Positions 39,885 to 50,100 are shown, numbered from the stretch's first letter. The stretch: DNA of 56,166 bases from a virus (IMGVR_UViG_3300027969_000125:1-56166); one strand, 5' to 3'. The notes: generated by a model not told the origin, from the sequence alone. Numbers and translations are program-made.

Positions 39885-39927
39885 ATCATCGGGGCTACGG
39901 CCCTATCAAAATTGAAGGACAGAGACC

Positions 39928-40245
39928 ATGACACAAGCAGAATTCGACCAGCAAGTACAAGCCAGCGCTAACCGCCTGATCAACCTTGGTGCCCAGAAGT
40001 GGGAAGAGGAAGAGATCAAGCGCATCAGCGACTACCCAGAGACGTTGACCTACACGCCTGACAGCCATAAAATCGTGCTGGAGTACCAGTCAGGCTTTTG
40101 GGTAGCGTGCTTTGATGACTGGAGCGGTGCCGATGATGACAAGTGCCCGATAGCATTTGCCAGCACGCAGGATGAGGCAGTAGAGTTTCTGCTGTTTGCA
40201 GCCAACATCAACGGTGACCTGCCGTTTGAAAGGATAGTGAAGTAA
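39928..40245 (+). CDS. Hypothetical acidic protein
   Basis: AAGGA RBS after the second CGGGGCTACGGCCCC hairpin. Confidence 0.55.
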   Translation: MTQAEFDQQVQASANRLINLGAQKWEEEEIKRISDYPETLTYTPDSHKIVLEYQSGFWVACFDDWSGADDDKCPIAFASTQDEAVEFLLFAANINGDLPFERIVK

Positions 40246-40465
40246 TGTTCATCGCCTGAAGAACGTGTGTTCAACGGGCGTTGGAAACAACACGCATGGG
40301 GATTGATACCCTCGGACAAGGTACAGGCTGGTAGTCAACCGAGAGCGCACGGAGCCTATCGACAGATGCAGTCCCCAGCCGTGTTGGCGTACAGTAATCG
40401 GACAGGGGCGTGCTTTCTGTCAAGATCAAATCTCTGCTGAAGCTCCCTGCGCCAACAACCTTTAT

Positions 40466-40540
40466 CGCGGGGTGGGAAAGAAGTAATCCGTTCGGCTCAT
40501 AACCGAAAGAACGCTGGTGCGAGTCCTGCCCCCGCAACCA
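40466..40540 (+). tRNA. tRNA-Met(CAT), initiator-like, divergent
   Basis: CGCGGGG/CCCCGCA acceptor stem with C1:A72 mismatch; encoded ACCA end; TTCGG-CTCATAA-CCGAA anticodon arm; atypical T loop. Confidence 0.8.
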
Positions 40541-40575
40541 AGTTACACTAAGCGGCATAGGAATAAGGATTCACC

Positions 40576-41145
40576 ATGCCAGAAACTACCGCCAAGAAAC
40601 GGCCCAAGAAGCCACCAACAGCGCAAGGGACAACACTCACCCTGCCTGACACACCCAAGAAGACAGGACGCCCCAGCAAGTACACGCCAGAACTGGCAGC
40701 AGAGATATGCAATAGGCTTGGCACAGGAGAGCCGCTCAGGCAGATATGCAGGGATGACAGGATGCCGCACTGGACGCAGATGTATGAGTGGATAGCGCGT
40801 GACCCAGAGCTTTCCCTACGGGTCGCGCACGCGCGTGAGGCCGGTTGCGATGCCATTGCAGAGGAGTTGATCGAAATCAGCGACACGTTGCACTTTGGTG
40901 AGACGCAGGTTATGGGTGACAAGAACAGCACTACAACGGTCGCTGATATGCTTGGGCACCGCAAGCTACGCATTGAGACACGCCTGAAGTTGTTGGCCTG
41001 CTGGAACCCTGCCAAGTACGGCACCAAGGTTCAGTTGGGTGGCGATCCCAAGAATCCGCTCAAGGTAGAGGCGTCGGTGCAGGCGGACAGCTTGCTTGAG
41101 GCGCTGATCAAGAATGCCGAGTTGAAGCGTCAGGCAAATGAGTAA
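40576..41145 (+). CDS. terS: Terminase small subunit
   Basis: GRPSKYTPELAAEIC...GEPLRQIC...AREAG...KLRIETRLKLLA.WNPAKYG; upstream of terL. Confidence 0.85.
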   Translation: MPETTAKKRPKKPPTAQGTTLTLPDTPKKTGRPSKYTPELAAEICNRLGTGEPLRQICRDDRMPHWTQMYEWIARDPELSLRVAHAREAGCDAIAEELIEISDTLHFGETQVMGDKNSTTTVADMLGHRKLRIETRLKLLACWNPAKYGTKVQLGGDPKNPLKVEASVQADSLLEALIKNAELKRQANE

Positions 41146-41326
41146 GCCGCCCTTTCCTAAGAAGCAATGGGGTGAGTTCTGGACACCGCCAGTAGAAGAC
41201 GATGCGCCATTTCCCGCAGACGTTGAAATGGACTGCGACACAGGGCGCTGGCGGTACGTCATCAACCGAGAGCAATACCGCGAGGAGTTTCGCGTGTGGG
41301 AAGCTGCTGTGCTGGGGCAAGCATGA
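41138..41326 (+). CDS. Hypothetical protein
   Basis: Overlaps the terS stop and the terL start. Confidence 0.45.
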   Translation: MSKPPFPKKQWGEFWTPPVEDDAPFPADVEMDCDTGRWRYVINREQYREEFRVWEAAVLGQA

Positions 41327-43638
41327 GTGACATCATCAAGTTGCTGCAAGACCCAGAGGTCAAGCGCAGCTTTGAGCTTGCCAGCCCAGAGGTGAAGCTG
41401 GCGACGGCTTGGCGGCTTACTTGGCTAGACAAGGCGCACAACCACCAGATCCTGCCCCATGGGGATTGGTGGAGCATCTGGCTGCTGCTGGCTGGCCGTG
41501 GCGCAGGCAAGACCCGTACAGCCGCCGAGCAGATCTCTTGGTGGGCGTGGACGCATCCCGGCACCCGCTGGCTTGTGGCCGCACCTACCTCGTCCGATGT
41601 CCGTTCGACCTGCTTTGAGGGTGACTCTGGCCTGATGGCCGTCATACCCGGCGCATTGATCAAGGACTACAACAAGGCGCTGCACGAGATCTACCTGACC
41701 AACGGCAGCCTGATCAAAGGCATACCGGCATCCGAGCCAGCCCGCTTCAGGGGGCCGCAGTTCCACGGCGCTTGGCTCGATGAGTTGGCCGCTTGGGATT
41801 ACATTCAGGACGCATGGGATCAGATCCAGTTCGGCGTGCGGCTGGGCACCAAGACCCACATCATCGTCACCACGACCCCGCAGCCCAAGGACTTGATCAT
41901 CGACCTAGTTGGCCGTGACGGGGACGATGTGGTGGTCACCACCGCCTCGACGTACACCAACCTAGCCAACCTGTCAGATAACTTCAGGAAGCAGATCCTG
42001 TCCTTTGAGGGCACCAAGCTAGGCAGGCAGGAGATCTACGCCGAGATCATCGACGCCGAGGAGGGTGGAGTCGTCCAGCGCTCGATGTTCAAGCTGTGGC
42101 CTGCTGGCCGCGCCTTCCCCAAGTTCGAGTACATCCTCCAGTCCTACGATGTGGCGACCTCGGAGAAGACGCAGAACGATCCGACGGCCTGCATCACGTT
42201 CGGCGTGTTCAAGCCTCTGGACGGCCCAATGAGCGCGATGGTGATCGACTGCTGGCAGGACAGGCTCCAGTATCCCGACCTGCGCCCCAAGGTGACCGAG
42301 GAGTATGAGATAGTCTACGGCGAAGGGAAGGACAAGAAGCGGGTGGACTTGCTGCTCATTGAGGACAAGAGCGCTGGTATCAGCCTGATCCAAGACTTGC
42401 AGCGTGCCCACTTGCCGGTGAGGGCGTACAACCCCGGACGGGCGGACAAGGTGCAGCGCCTGAACATCGTCTCCAACATCATCGCCCGTGGGCGGGTGTG
42501 GATACCTGAGTCGGACAACAGGAAGGGCTACGTCAAGGATTGGGCCGAGGTGTTCGTAAGCCAGATCTGCTCGTTCCCCAACAGCACGCACGATGATTTG
42601 GTGGACGCTTGTGTTGATAGCTTGACTCAAGTGCAAATGGCTTTTGGCACAAAGGCGATCAAGGATGTTTTGGTTGGCGACATGGTGATGACCCCGGCAG
42701 GGCTTCGCAAGGTTACGGCTGTACATGACAACGGCATCAAGGAAGTTTGGAATGTCAACGGTTTACTAGCTACGGCGGAACATCAAGTAATGACGCAAGA
42801 CGGGTGGTTGCGTGTTGACTGCTTGAGTCAATCAGTCCATAATATATATCTTTACAAGGATACATCATGGTTTTCAAATCAAGCGGAAAAGTGGTTGAGT
42901 CGGTGGTCTTCAACGGTCGCAAGTACAACCGTTACCCTGAGAGCAATAACCCAGCGCACCGCCGCTACTTTGCAAGGGCTGGCAACCGGCTTCACCGAGA
43001 CGTATGGAAGCACCACAACGGGCCAATCCCTGCGGGTATGCAAATCCATCACATTGACGGCAACACGGCCAACAACGACATCGGCAACTTGGCCTGCGTC
43101 ACAAACAAGCAGCACTGGGATGAGCATAGGGCCGAGGCATCTGAGCGCAGCAAACGGCCAGAACAGCTTGCGCATCTCAACAGGATTCGGGGCAGCGCTG
43201 CCGACTGGCACCGATCAGAAGAAGGGCGGGATTGGCACAGAGAACACGCAAAGACCTCTCTGGCAAAGACTTGGGGAAAGCCTAAGTCGTACTACCCAGC
43301 CCCTTACAAATGCGTTTGGTGCGGTTTTGACGGCATTGCCAAAGTTCCTGAGCGAAAGAAGTTCTGCTCCCCCACTTGCCAAAACGCCGAATCAAAGCAC
43401 CGCCTTGGTAAGACAAGTTACGAACACCCATACCATGCGTCATGTGTTCGACTTGACAGTGGAGGGTGAACACTGCTACTACGCCAACGGAATCTTGGTT
43501 CACAACTGCACCCAAGCCCTGCGCTACCTGCGGGATGCTGGCTGGCTAGACATTGACCCACCGCCAGAGGATAGCTGGGACGAGGACGACTACGTTGACT
43601 CTGGCAAGCAGCGTAAGGGTAATCCCTATGCAGCATAG
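41323..43638 (+). CDS. terL: Terminase large subunit, intein-containing
   Basis: Walker A AGRGAGKT, Walker B AWLDE, TTTP coupling motif; nuclease motifs SYDVA, IEDKSAG and HDDLVDA interrupted by an intein. Confidence 0.93.
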   Translation: MSDIIKLLQDPEVKRSFELASPEVKLATAWRLTWLDKAHNHQILPHGDWWSIWLLLAGRGAGKTRTAAEQISWWAWTHPGTRWLVAAPTSSDVRSTCFEGDSGLMAVIPGALIKDYNKALHEIYLTNGSLIKGIPASEPARFRGPQFHGAWLDELAAWDYIQDAWDQIQFGVRLGTKTHIIVTTTPQPKDLIIDLVGRDGDDVVVTTASTYTNLANLSDNFRKQILSFEGTKLGRQEIYAEIIDAEEGGVVQRSMFKLWPAGRAFPKFEYILQSYDVATSEKTQNDPTACITFGVFKPLDGPMSAMVIDCWQDRLQYPDLRPKVTEEYEIVYGEGKDKKRVDLLLIEDKSAGISLIQDLQRAHLPVRAYNPGRADKVQRLNIVSNIIARGRVWIPESDNRKGYVKDWAEVFVSQICSFPNSTHDDLVDACVDSLTQVQMAFGTKAIKDVLVGDMVMTPAGLRKVTAVHDNGIKEVWNVNGLLATAEHQVMTQDGWLRVDCLSQSVHNIYLYKDTSWFSNQAEKWLSRWSSTVASTTVTLRAITQRTAATLQGLATGFTETYGSTTTGQSLRVCKSITLTATRPTTTSATWPASQTSSTGMSIGPRHLSAANGQNSLRISTGFGAALPTGTDQKKGGIGTENTQRPLWQRLGESLSRTTQPLTNAFGAVLTALPKFLSERSSAPPLAKTPNQSTALVRQVTNTHTMRHVFDLTVEGEHCYYANGILVHNCTQALRYLRDAGWLDIDPPPEDSWDEDDYVDSGKQRKGNPYAA
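42815..42860 (+). promoter_or_regulatory. Internal sigma70-like promoter and RBS for the nested HNH gene
   Basis: TTGACT (42815-42820), 17-bp spacer, CATAAT (42838-42843); AAGGA (42856-42860) 6 nt before the ATG at 42867. Confidence 0.7.
42867..43469 (+). CDS. HNH homing endonuclease overprinted out of frame within the intein
   Basis: LHRDVW...GPIPAGMQIHHIDGNTANNDIGNLACV...H is an HNH_3-type motif; C-terminal CxxC...FCSPTC zinc module; own RBS. Confidence 0.88.
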   Translation: MVFKSSGKVVESVVFNGRKYNRYPESNNPAHRRYFARAGNRLHRDVWKHHNGPIPAGMQIHHIDGNTANNDIGNLACVTNKQHWDEHRAEASERSKRPEQLAHLNRIRGSAADWHRSEEGRDWHREHAKTSLAKTWGKPKSYYPAPYKCVWCGFDGIAKVPERKKFCSPTCQNAESKHRLGKTSYEHPYHASCVRLDSGG

Positions 43639-43646
43639 ATCAACAC

Positions 43647-43675
43647 TTGTCAACACCAACCGCCTGTGGTACGAT
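43647..43675 (+). promoter_or_regulatory. Sigma70-like promoter with extended -10
   Basis: TTGTCA, 17-bp spacer, TACGAT with TGn immediately upstream. Confidence 0.65.
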
Positions 43676-43680
43676 CCGTT

Positions 43681-43774
43681 CCGTTGCCGTAGGAAGCGAC
43701 CGACTGAAACCGTTTACTCATGCCTCTTCCCCCATTTGGGGTTCCTACAGGGGGCAGTAGTAAACGGTTTTTTT
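43681..43774 (+). ncRNA. Candidate structured small RNA / attenuator (reminiscent of c4-like phage RNAs)
   Basis: Two hairpins with complementary unpaired segments GTAGGAA/TTCCTAC; 12-bp stem AAACCGTTTACT/AGTAAACGGTTT ending in a T run. Confidence 0.5.
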
Positions 43775-44129
43775 ATGTCTGTCTTTCCCTGCATCCGTCA
43801 GGGCGCGTTAGCTGATGGCCTGTATGGGCTGAACCCAAGAAACACATTTTGGTCTTTACGGCCAAACGTCAGGGCGCGTCAGCATTGCTTGTATCGGCAG
43901 AACCCAAGAAAGACCGTACCACGATTCACCCCGTGCGTGCGCCCAGCCTGTCTGCTAGGGACTGGGTAAGGTACGGGCAACATGGTGAGACAAGACCTTT
44001 ACCGAATGAATAGCAGCCTTCACGGAACGCTAGGCAGGTGCAGTATGCGCCCGCTGGGCGGGGATGACAGCCTCGGCTTATCACCCTTGGGGAACCTGTG
44101 GTTAAATACAAGGGTATAAGGAAGCCGCC

Positions 44130-47100
44130 ATGAACCAACGACTGACCGACATCCGCCGAGCGCAGCTTGACCAGCTTTTGTCTGGCGGTACGAACATGGC
44201 TGGTGGTGGATTGCTGAAGGCTGTGGTCAAGGCTGCCAAGCCTGCGGTCAAGGCGGTGCAGGAAGTGTTGCCGCTGGCCGAGCGTGAGGCCAACCTTGCC
44301 AAGTTCCTTGCCCCGTCAGCAGAGAAGCGCAGGATGTATCACGGCTCTAAAGAGCCAAACATCAAAGAGTTTAAAACGCGAAAAGACTTAACCGACGAGT
44401 CCCATATGACTGGGCATTATGCCGATGAGCGCGATGCTGTGTTCCTTGCCCCTGAACCAGAGTTCACCAAAAACTTTTCTCAAATGGGGTATACCGACAC
44501 ACATCAAGCGCCAACCACTTACCCTGTTTATGTGCAAGTGAAAAACCCATTTGACTTTGATAATCCAGAACATTTGCAACGGGTCAAGGACACATACCTT
44601 GATATGTATCACAACCCAGACTCAGAGTTGTATGATCCATATTTGAGTCCGTCTGAAAGGTCTACTTCACAACATTTATTCAAAAAACGTGTTGATGAAT
44701 TGCCATCAGATGTGAATAACTGGCCCAGAATTGAGAATGAAGTTTTCCAAAATGTTTTGAAAGACTTAGGGTTTGATTCTTTTTACACCCGTGAACGTGG
44801 CACTAAAAACCTTGGCGTGTACGACCCAAACCGCATCAAATCCGCCATCGGCAACCGTGGCACCTACGACACCAGCGTGCCTGACATCAACGAAGCCCAA
44901 GGCGGCTTAGTACACCTTGCTGGTGGCGGCAGGGCGAACAGCGACTACACGCTCATGGGCGCTCCCCGTCAGGACAACGAGAACAAGCCATATCCCAAGA
45001 CCGAGCGCATGAACCTTGGCGTCAAGGCGGTCAAGTCGGGGCTGGACAAGCTCAACCGCCTGATTGACACTGGCCCATCGGTTGGCAGCGTGGTAGGCAA
45101 CGTGGTCGGTGCCGTGCCATTTGTTGGCCCAGATCTACGCAAGGGGATGGAAGACTCCACCCTCACGATCCCTTACGAGTTCCAGCGCTCGGCCACGAAC
45201 CCACGGGTGGCTACTGGCGTCAACACGGCCAAGGTGCCCACGACCGACATCTTGGACGCCCTGAAGATGTCTGACCTGACTGGCGGCACTGGCGCAAGCA
45301 ACCTGCTGGGCAGCGTTGGCAAGGGCTATGTACCTAACTCAATGGATGTGCTGGACACGCTTGGCCTCGGCCTTACTGGCTATGGTGCGGCTAAGGCTGG
45401 CGTCAGGGGCGTTAAGGGCGTCAAGGATGCCTTGCTGGCAGGTAAGGAAGCAAAGGCGGCAAAGGAAATTGAAACAGCAGGAACCAAATATGCAACACAA
45501 CAAGAAGGCCCATTCTTCCGAGTCCAGCCAACAACACTTGGCAAAGACGCAGCAACAACTCGCGGAACTAAAGAAGCGGATGGGTTACGAGCCACCCCCG
45601 CTGTCGCAGGAGGAGCAGAACCAACTGGACGCAAAGTTCCGCAACTCTTATCGCCAGAGGAAGTGGGTCGAATAATTGCTGACCCAGTTGCAAATCAACC
45701 ACTGAATATTGCAAAGAAATACACGCAAGATACCCAAGGGGTTGACTTCGGTGTGCCAAAAACTCCAAGTAGTTCGTTGGCAAAGCAGTCAGGCATTGCT
45801 CGTACTTTTGATCTGGCTGTCCAAGGATCGCCTGAGTACAAGTCTGCAATCTTTGGAGCTTACAGTCGTGAGATGCCTGACCTGATGGAGCAGATCGGCG
45901 CAAAGAATTACGACGACCTGATGGAGAAGGCTTACCGTCAGATGGCAAAGGAGACTGATGATCAGTTTAAGAGACTGCCGTACAACTTCTCGTACCACCG
46001 CGCTGGTGAGGGCAATTACAACGGGGCCAAGGACATGGCCGCTGATGTGCATGGGAACAGGCACCTGTACGTTTATCAGGGTGGCGACAAGCACGACTTC
46101 TTGCACAACGTAGATCCGCAAACTGGCTTGAACGAGAACGAGAAGTTTCGCGCTGTCCATGACCTGTTGGGCCACGCCATTTACGGCAACGAGTTTGGCC
46201 CTAAGGGTGAAGAGATGGCATGGGCCGTTCACCAGCAAATGTACTCGCCCCTTGCGCGTATGGCGATGACTGCTGAGACCCGTGGACAGAACTCGGTAGT
46301 CAACTACAGCCCGCTCAATGCTAAGCTCAAGAAAACTATTGCCGAGTATGAGGGCATGAGTAACGAAGCCCGCAGGCGTGGCGACAAAGCGCTTGTAAAA
46401 GAAATTGAAGACCTCAAGCGTCAAGCCTACTCCGGGTTGGAGTTTGCTCCTAACAGGGCCGTGCTGCTGCCGCCTGAGTTTATGAATCCCCAGTTCGCTG
46501 GCGGAATGCCTTCGTACCTGAAAGCTGCAAACCTGCCAACTAAGGGAACCGAGACCGGATCGGTACTGACCCACTACAGCAACGAACCCAACCTGCAATT
46601 GATAGACCCCACAAGGTACGGCACAGGCATCAAGGGTGCGGAAGCCGGACGCCTGCGTGACCTTGAGGGTGGCGTGCGCGACCGCTCGTACTTCTACCTC
46701 GGTGAGCCGGGTACTGTTGCGCCCGAAGCTGGCCTTGGTGGCAACCGTTACCGTGGAGAGTCGTCAAGCCTGTACGACATTACCCAAGACCCGCTGGACT
46801 TTAGGTTGCTGGCCCGCGAGGCCAACCGCACGCCATTTACCGCACGGGTTAACGCAGGCGTCACTTACCCCATGCAAGAGGCCAACGACTACGAGCGTTT
46901 GGTCAAAGAGTACGGCTACGAGGGCATGATTAACCCAAACGCCACCAAGCCGATGGGTATCATGTTTGAGCCAACAAAGGTAGAGCCACGCATGGCCGGT
47001 GGTGGTTTGCTGTCCAAGCTAGGCAAGGCAGCAAAGGCTGCACGCGCTGCGGAGGAGTTGGTGCCTGCTGCTGGCCGCATGAGGTTTGCTGACCAGCCAA

Positions 47101-50100
47101 TGGGTGGCTTGAACGTCATCAAAGAGACTGGCGGCAACTGGTTGGGTGGACGGGTTGAGAAGGACGTAGCGCCATTGAGGTCAAGAGGCCCAACGCACAG
47201 GGATGAGGCATTGATGGCAGGCGGAAGGTACGCGCAAGAGGCCGACACGCCTGAAGGCATTAGAGCCATGGCCGCAAATGCCGCTCTTAACAAGTGGGTT
47301 GACGGCAACCTGTCTAACTACATCAAGAAGCAGATGGGCACGCCTGATGATCCAGTCCGTGCGCTGGCCGAGCAGGGAATTACGCACAAGGCTGATCTCC
47401 TGCGTGAAGATCAAGTTTTTGCCGACAAGCCAATAATGGATCAACGCAGGGAGGCTGGCTTCCCAGAAGAGGGCATGGCTCAATCCCCATTAGCAAAGGC
47501 TTGGGAGTACGTTTCTGATTCTTCTATTCCCTCGCACCGTGCTGGGGACATTCAGGGAATGCCGGAGAAGTTTACCAAGCGCGATGAGGCGGAGCGCAAG
47601 ATGATTGCTTTGCGAGACGCGCTGTACCATAAGTTTATTGATCATTTGAAATCAAAAGGAATTTCTGATGAGGAGGCAAATATCGTTGCCCGTGGAACTC
47701 CATTTGATTTAAAAGCCAGAGCCGTTGGAGATCAAGACTTTTTACAAGCCGAAGTAGCGTATGCGGCAACTCATGATCCGATGATGAGTTCTTACATCGC
47801 TCTTGGGCAAGAGAACCCGTGGATCTCTAAGGTTGCGCCAGAGACTCAGGTGTACTCGTCATTCACTGGCGACCTTGGCTTTGACCACATCGTTGATGTC
47901 CTCAAGCAAGACGTAGCTGAAGGCCGCATCCGCCCTGAGCAACTGAACAAGGTCAGCATGGAGCAGGCAGTGCGCCGCACCTACGAGTACGACCAAGAGA
48001 TGGCAAAGAAGATGCAGGAAGCCGCCATCAAGCAGACCGAGGGTATGCCTGTCCACAAGGAGTATCCAGAGGGCTACAAGTGGGTAGAGTTGACTGCGCC
48101 CAAAGACCTGCCAGAAGGATGGAGCGCTGAAGGCAACAACTTAATCAACCCCAATGGCGGAAGACCGGGTCAAGTTGGAGATTCTTCTGACCCGCGTTAC
48201 AAGGCGCTTGAGGACGCCCTCAAGTACGAAGGCGACACAATGGGCCACTGCGTTGGTGGCTACTGCCCTGATGTGGTGCAAGGCCGCAGCCGCATCTACA
48301 GCTTGCGTGATTCCAAGGGTGAGCCTCATGTGACTGTTGAGACAAGACCCGGAGCCTATACGCCTTTTGATATCCCGGAAGACATTAAGCCAATTTATAA
48401 ACAACACATGGTTGAGGGCATTTCAACTCATGGAGGAAGACCCGGAGCGGCAGAGTGGATGCAGCATTTTTATCCAGATAGATTTGTTGCGCCACCCGAA
48501 GATATTATTCAAATCAAAGGCAAACAGAATCGCGCACCCAAAGAAGAGTACCTGCCATTTGTGCAGGACTTTGTAAAGAGTGGCGATTGGTCTCGCATTG
48601 GTGACTTAAAGAACACTGGTCTACGAGACATTAAAAAGACTCCAAAAATTGAAGAGTACTTAAAGAAAAAGGGCGCTGATGTGCCACGGTACTTAACCGA
48701 GAATGAGTATCAAGGCCACGAGAGTGACTTCTTGATGGATCAGTTGTATCCCAAAGATGAGACGCCGTTACCGCCAGCAGAAAGCATGGCCGGTGGTGGC
48801 AGCGTTGGCCTCAAGAACGCCCTGAACAACCTACTACGCACCGACAAGCCTGAAGTGCATATGGCTGGTGGTGGCGCTATGGCTAAGGTGGCAAAAGCTG
48901 CGAAGGCGGCGTACAGTCCCAAGGTGCTTAACTCAACGATTGAAAAGTTTGTAGCAAAGATTGCCGCAGACAATCCCAAGTTGAGCGAAGAAGATGTGCT
49001 GAAGAAAGCCACAAAGCAAGCCACTAGCAAACTGGAATGGGAGCGTGTGCAAAAGCCAGAGCTGGAGAAGACATACGGCCCATTGGTAAAAACGCCTTAC
49101 TCAAAGACCAATGTCAACAAGATGCAAAACACCGCCGAGGTGGTGGCAGAACGCAAGCGCAAGGCCAACGAGTTCCTTGACCAGCCTACTGAGCCTTGGA
49201 CTCCCCCTGCGCCTGAATTGCAAGCATTTGACCGCTCGTCCATCAAGGACGCGCTTGAAGGCTTCCCCGGCGTAGAGCAGACTGCTTTTCCAAGGGATAT
49301 ACCCACACGCGCCAGCACATCTCATGTTGATGAGTTGTACGCTGACCCGGAGAATCGCGCCCTCATTGAAAAGCAAATTAAGCGTGGCCTGCCGCTTGGC
49401 GGTGAGACTTTCTACGCCTCGCTATACCCTGTGAAACAAGCGGTGCTAGAGGCGGGTATGCCTGCCGAAAAGTTTGACAGATGGATTCACTCGCTTGCGC
49501 CAGCGTCTGCCCGCAATTCCATAATGAACGAGATGGCCGTAGGGCAATTCATGCGCGACATGAACGCTAGAGGCATACCATTGACCGAAGAGAACGTGGC
49601 CCGCGAGAAGGCCGTGTACAAAGAAAAGTTTGGCATTAGCTTGCCTTTGATGCCGCTTCATCGTGAGGGCGTGGCAAAAGTAATTGAGGGCGGGCAGGAC
49701 TTGCGCGAGATGAGCAAGGCCAACATCCCAACCAATTACAAGATCCCAACATATGGTTCACAAAAGGCTGGCGACTTTGCCAACTCGGTGGTGCTTGACG
49801 TTCATGAGGCTGGAGGCCAAACGCAAGGCAGCAGGTTTCACCCGTACTTTAATGAGCAGGGCGGATTTGGCAACACCGAGTACAACGCTGGCGAACAGGG
49901 CTTGCTTGGCATTGCAGGGGATCTGGGAATCCCCGGCGGCATGGCGCAAGCTGGCCGATGGTTTGGCGGCGGAGAGTTAACGGGCCTGCGCTCACCACGG
50001 GGTGACGCCCTTGATTTGCTGGAGAAGCAAGTTGCTTACACCCTGAACAAAAAAGGCATTCAACCCAACCCGGCAAATGTCCGCGCCGAAGTGCTGCGCC

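Larger units (their letters stand above)
42610..43506 (+). mobile_element. Intein (299 aa) in the TerL nuclease domain
   Basis: Starts with Cys (CVDSLTQV); IKDVLVGDMV; block B TAEH; block F VFDLTVEGEHCYYANG; block G ILVHN followed by Cys+1; removal restores HDDLVDA-CTQALRYL. Confidence 0.93.

Noticed and set aside
42867-43469. Sequencing frameshift as the explanation for the out-of-frame HNH
   Set aside because: This would need two compensating errors. TerL is open end to end, and the HNH has its own start, RBS, promoter and stop. Read-level confirmation is still advisable.
43553-43969. 138-aa ORF spanning the terL-downstream gap
   Set aside because: TTG start inside terL, no clear RBS, atypical composition, and it runs through a promoter and a terminator-like hairpin.
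45789-46598. Long antisense ORFs (also 42019-42726, 7801-8400, 32323-32922, 52006-52545)
   Set aside because: They are shadows of GC-biased sense genes with no recognisable motifs, unlike the nested HNH.
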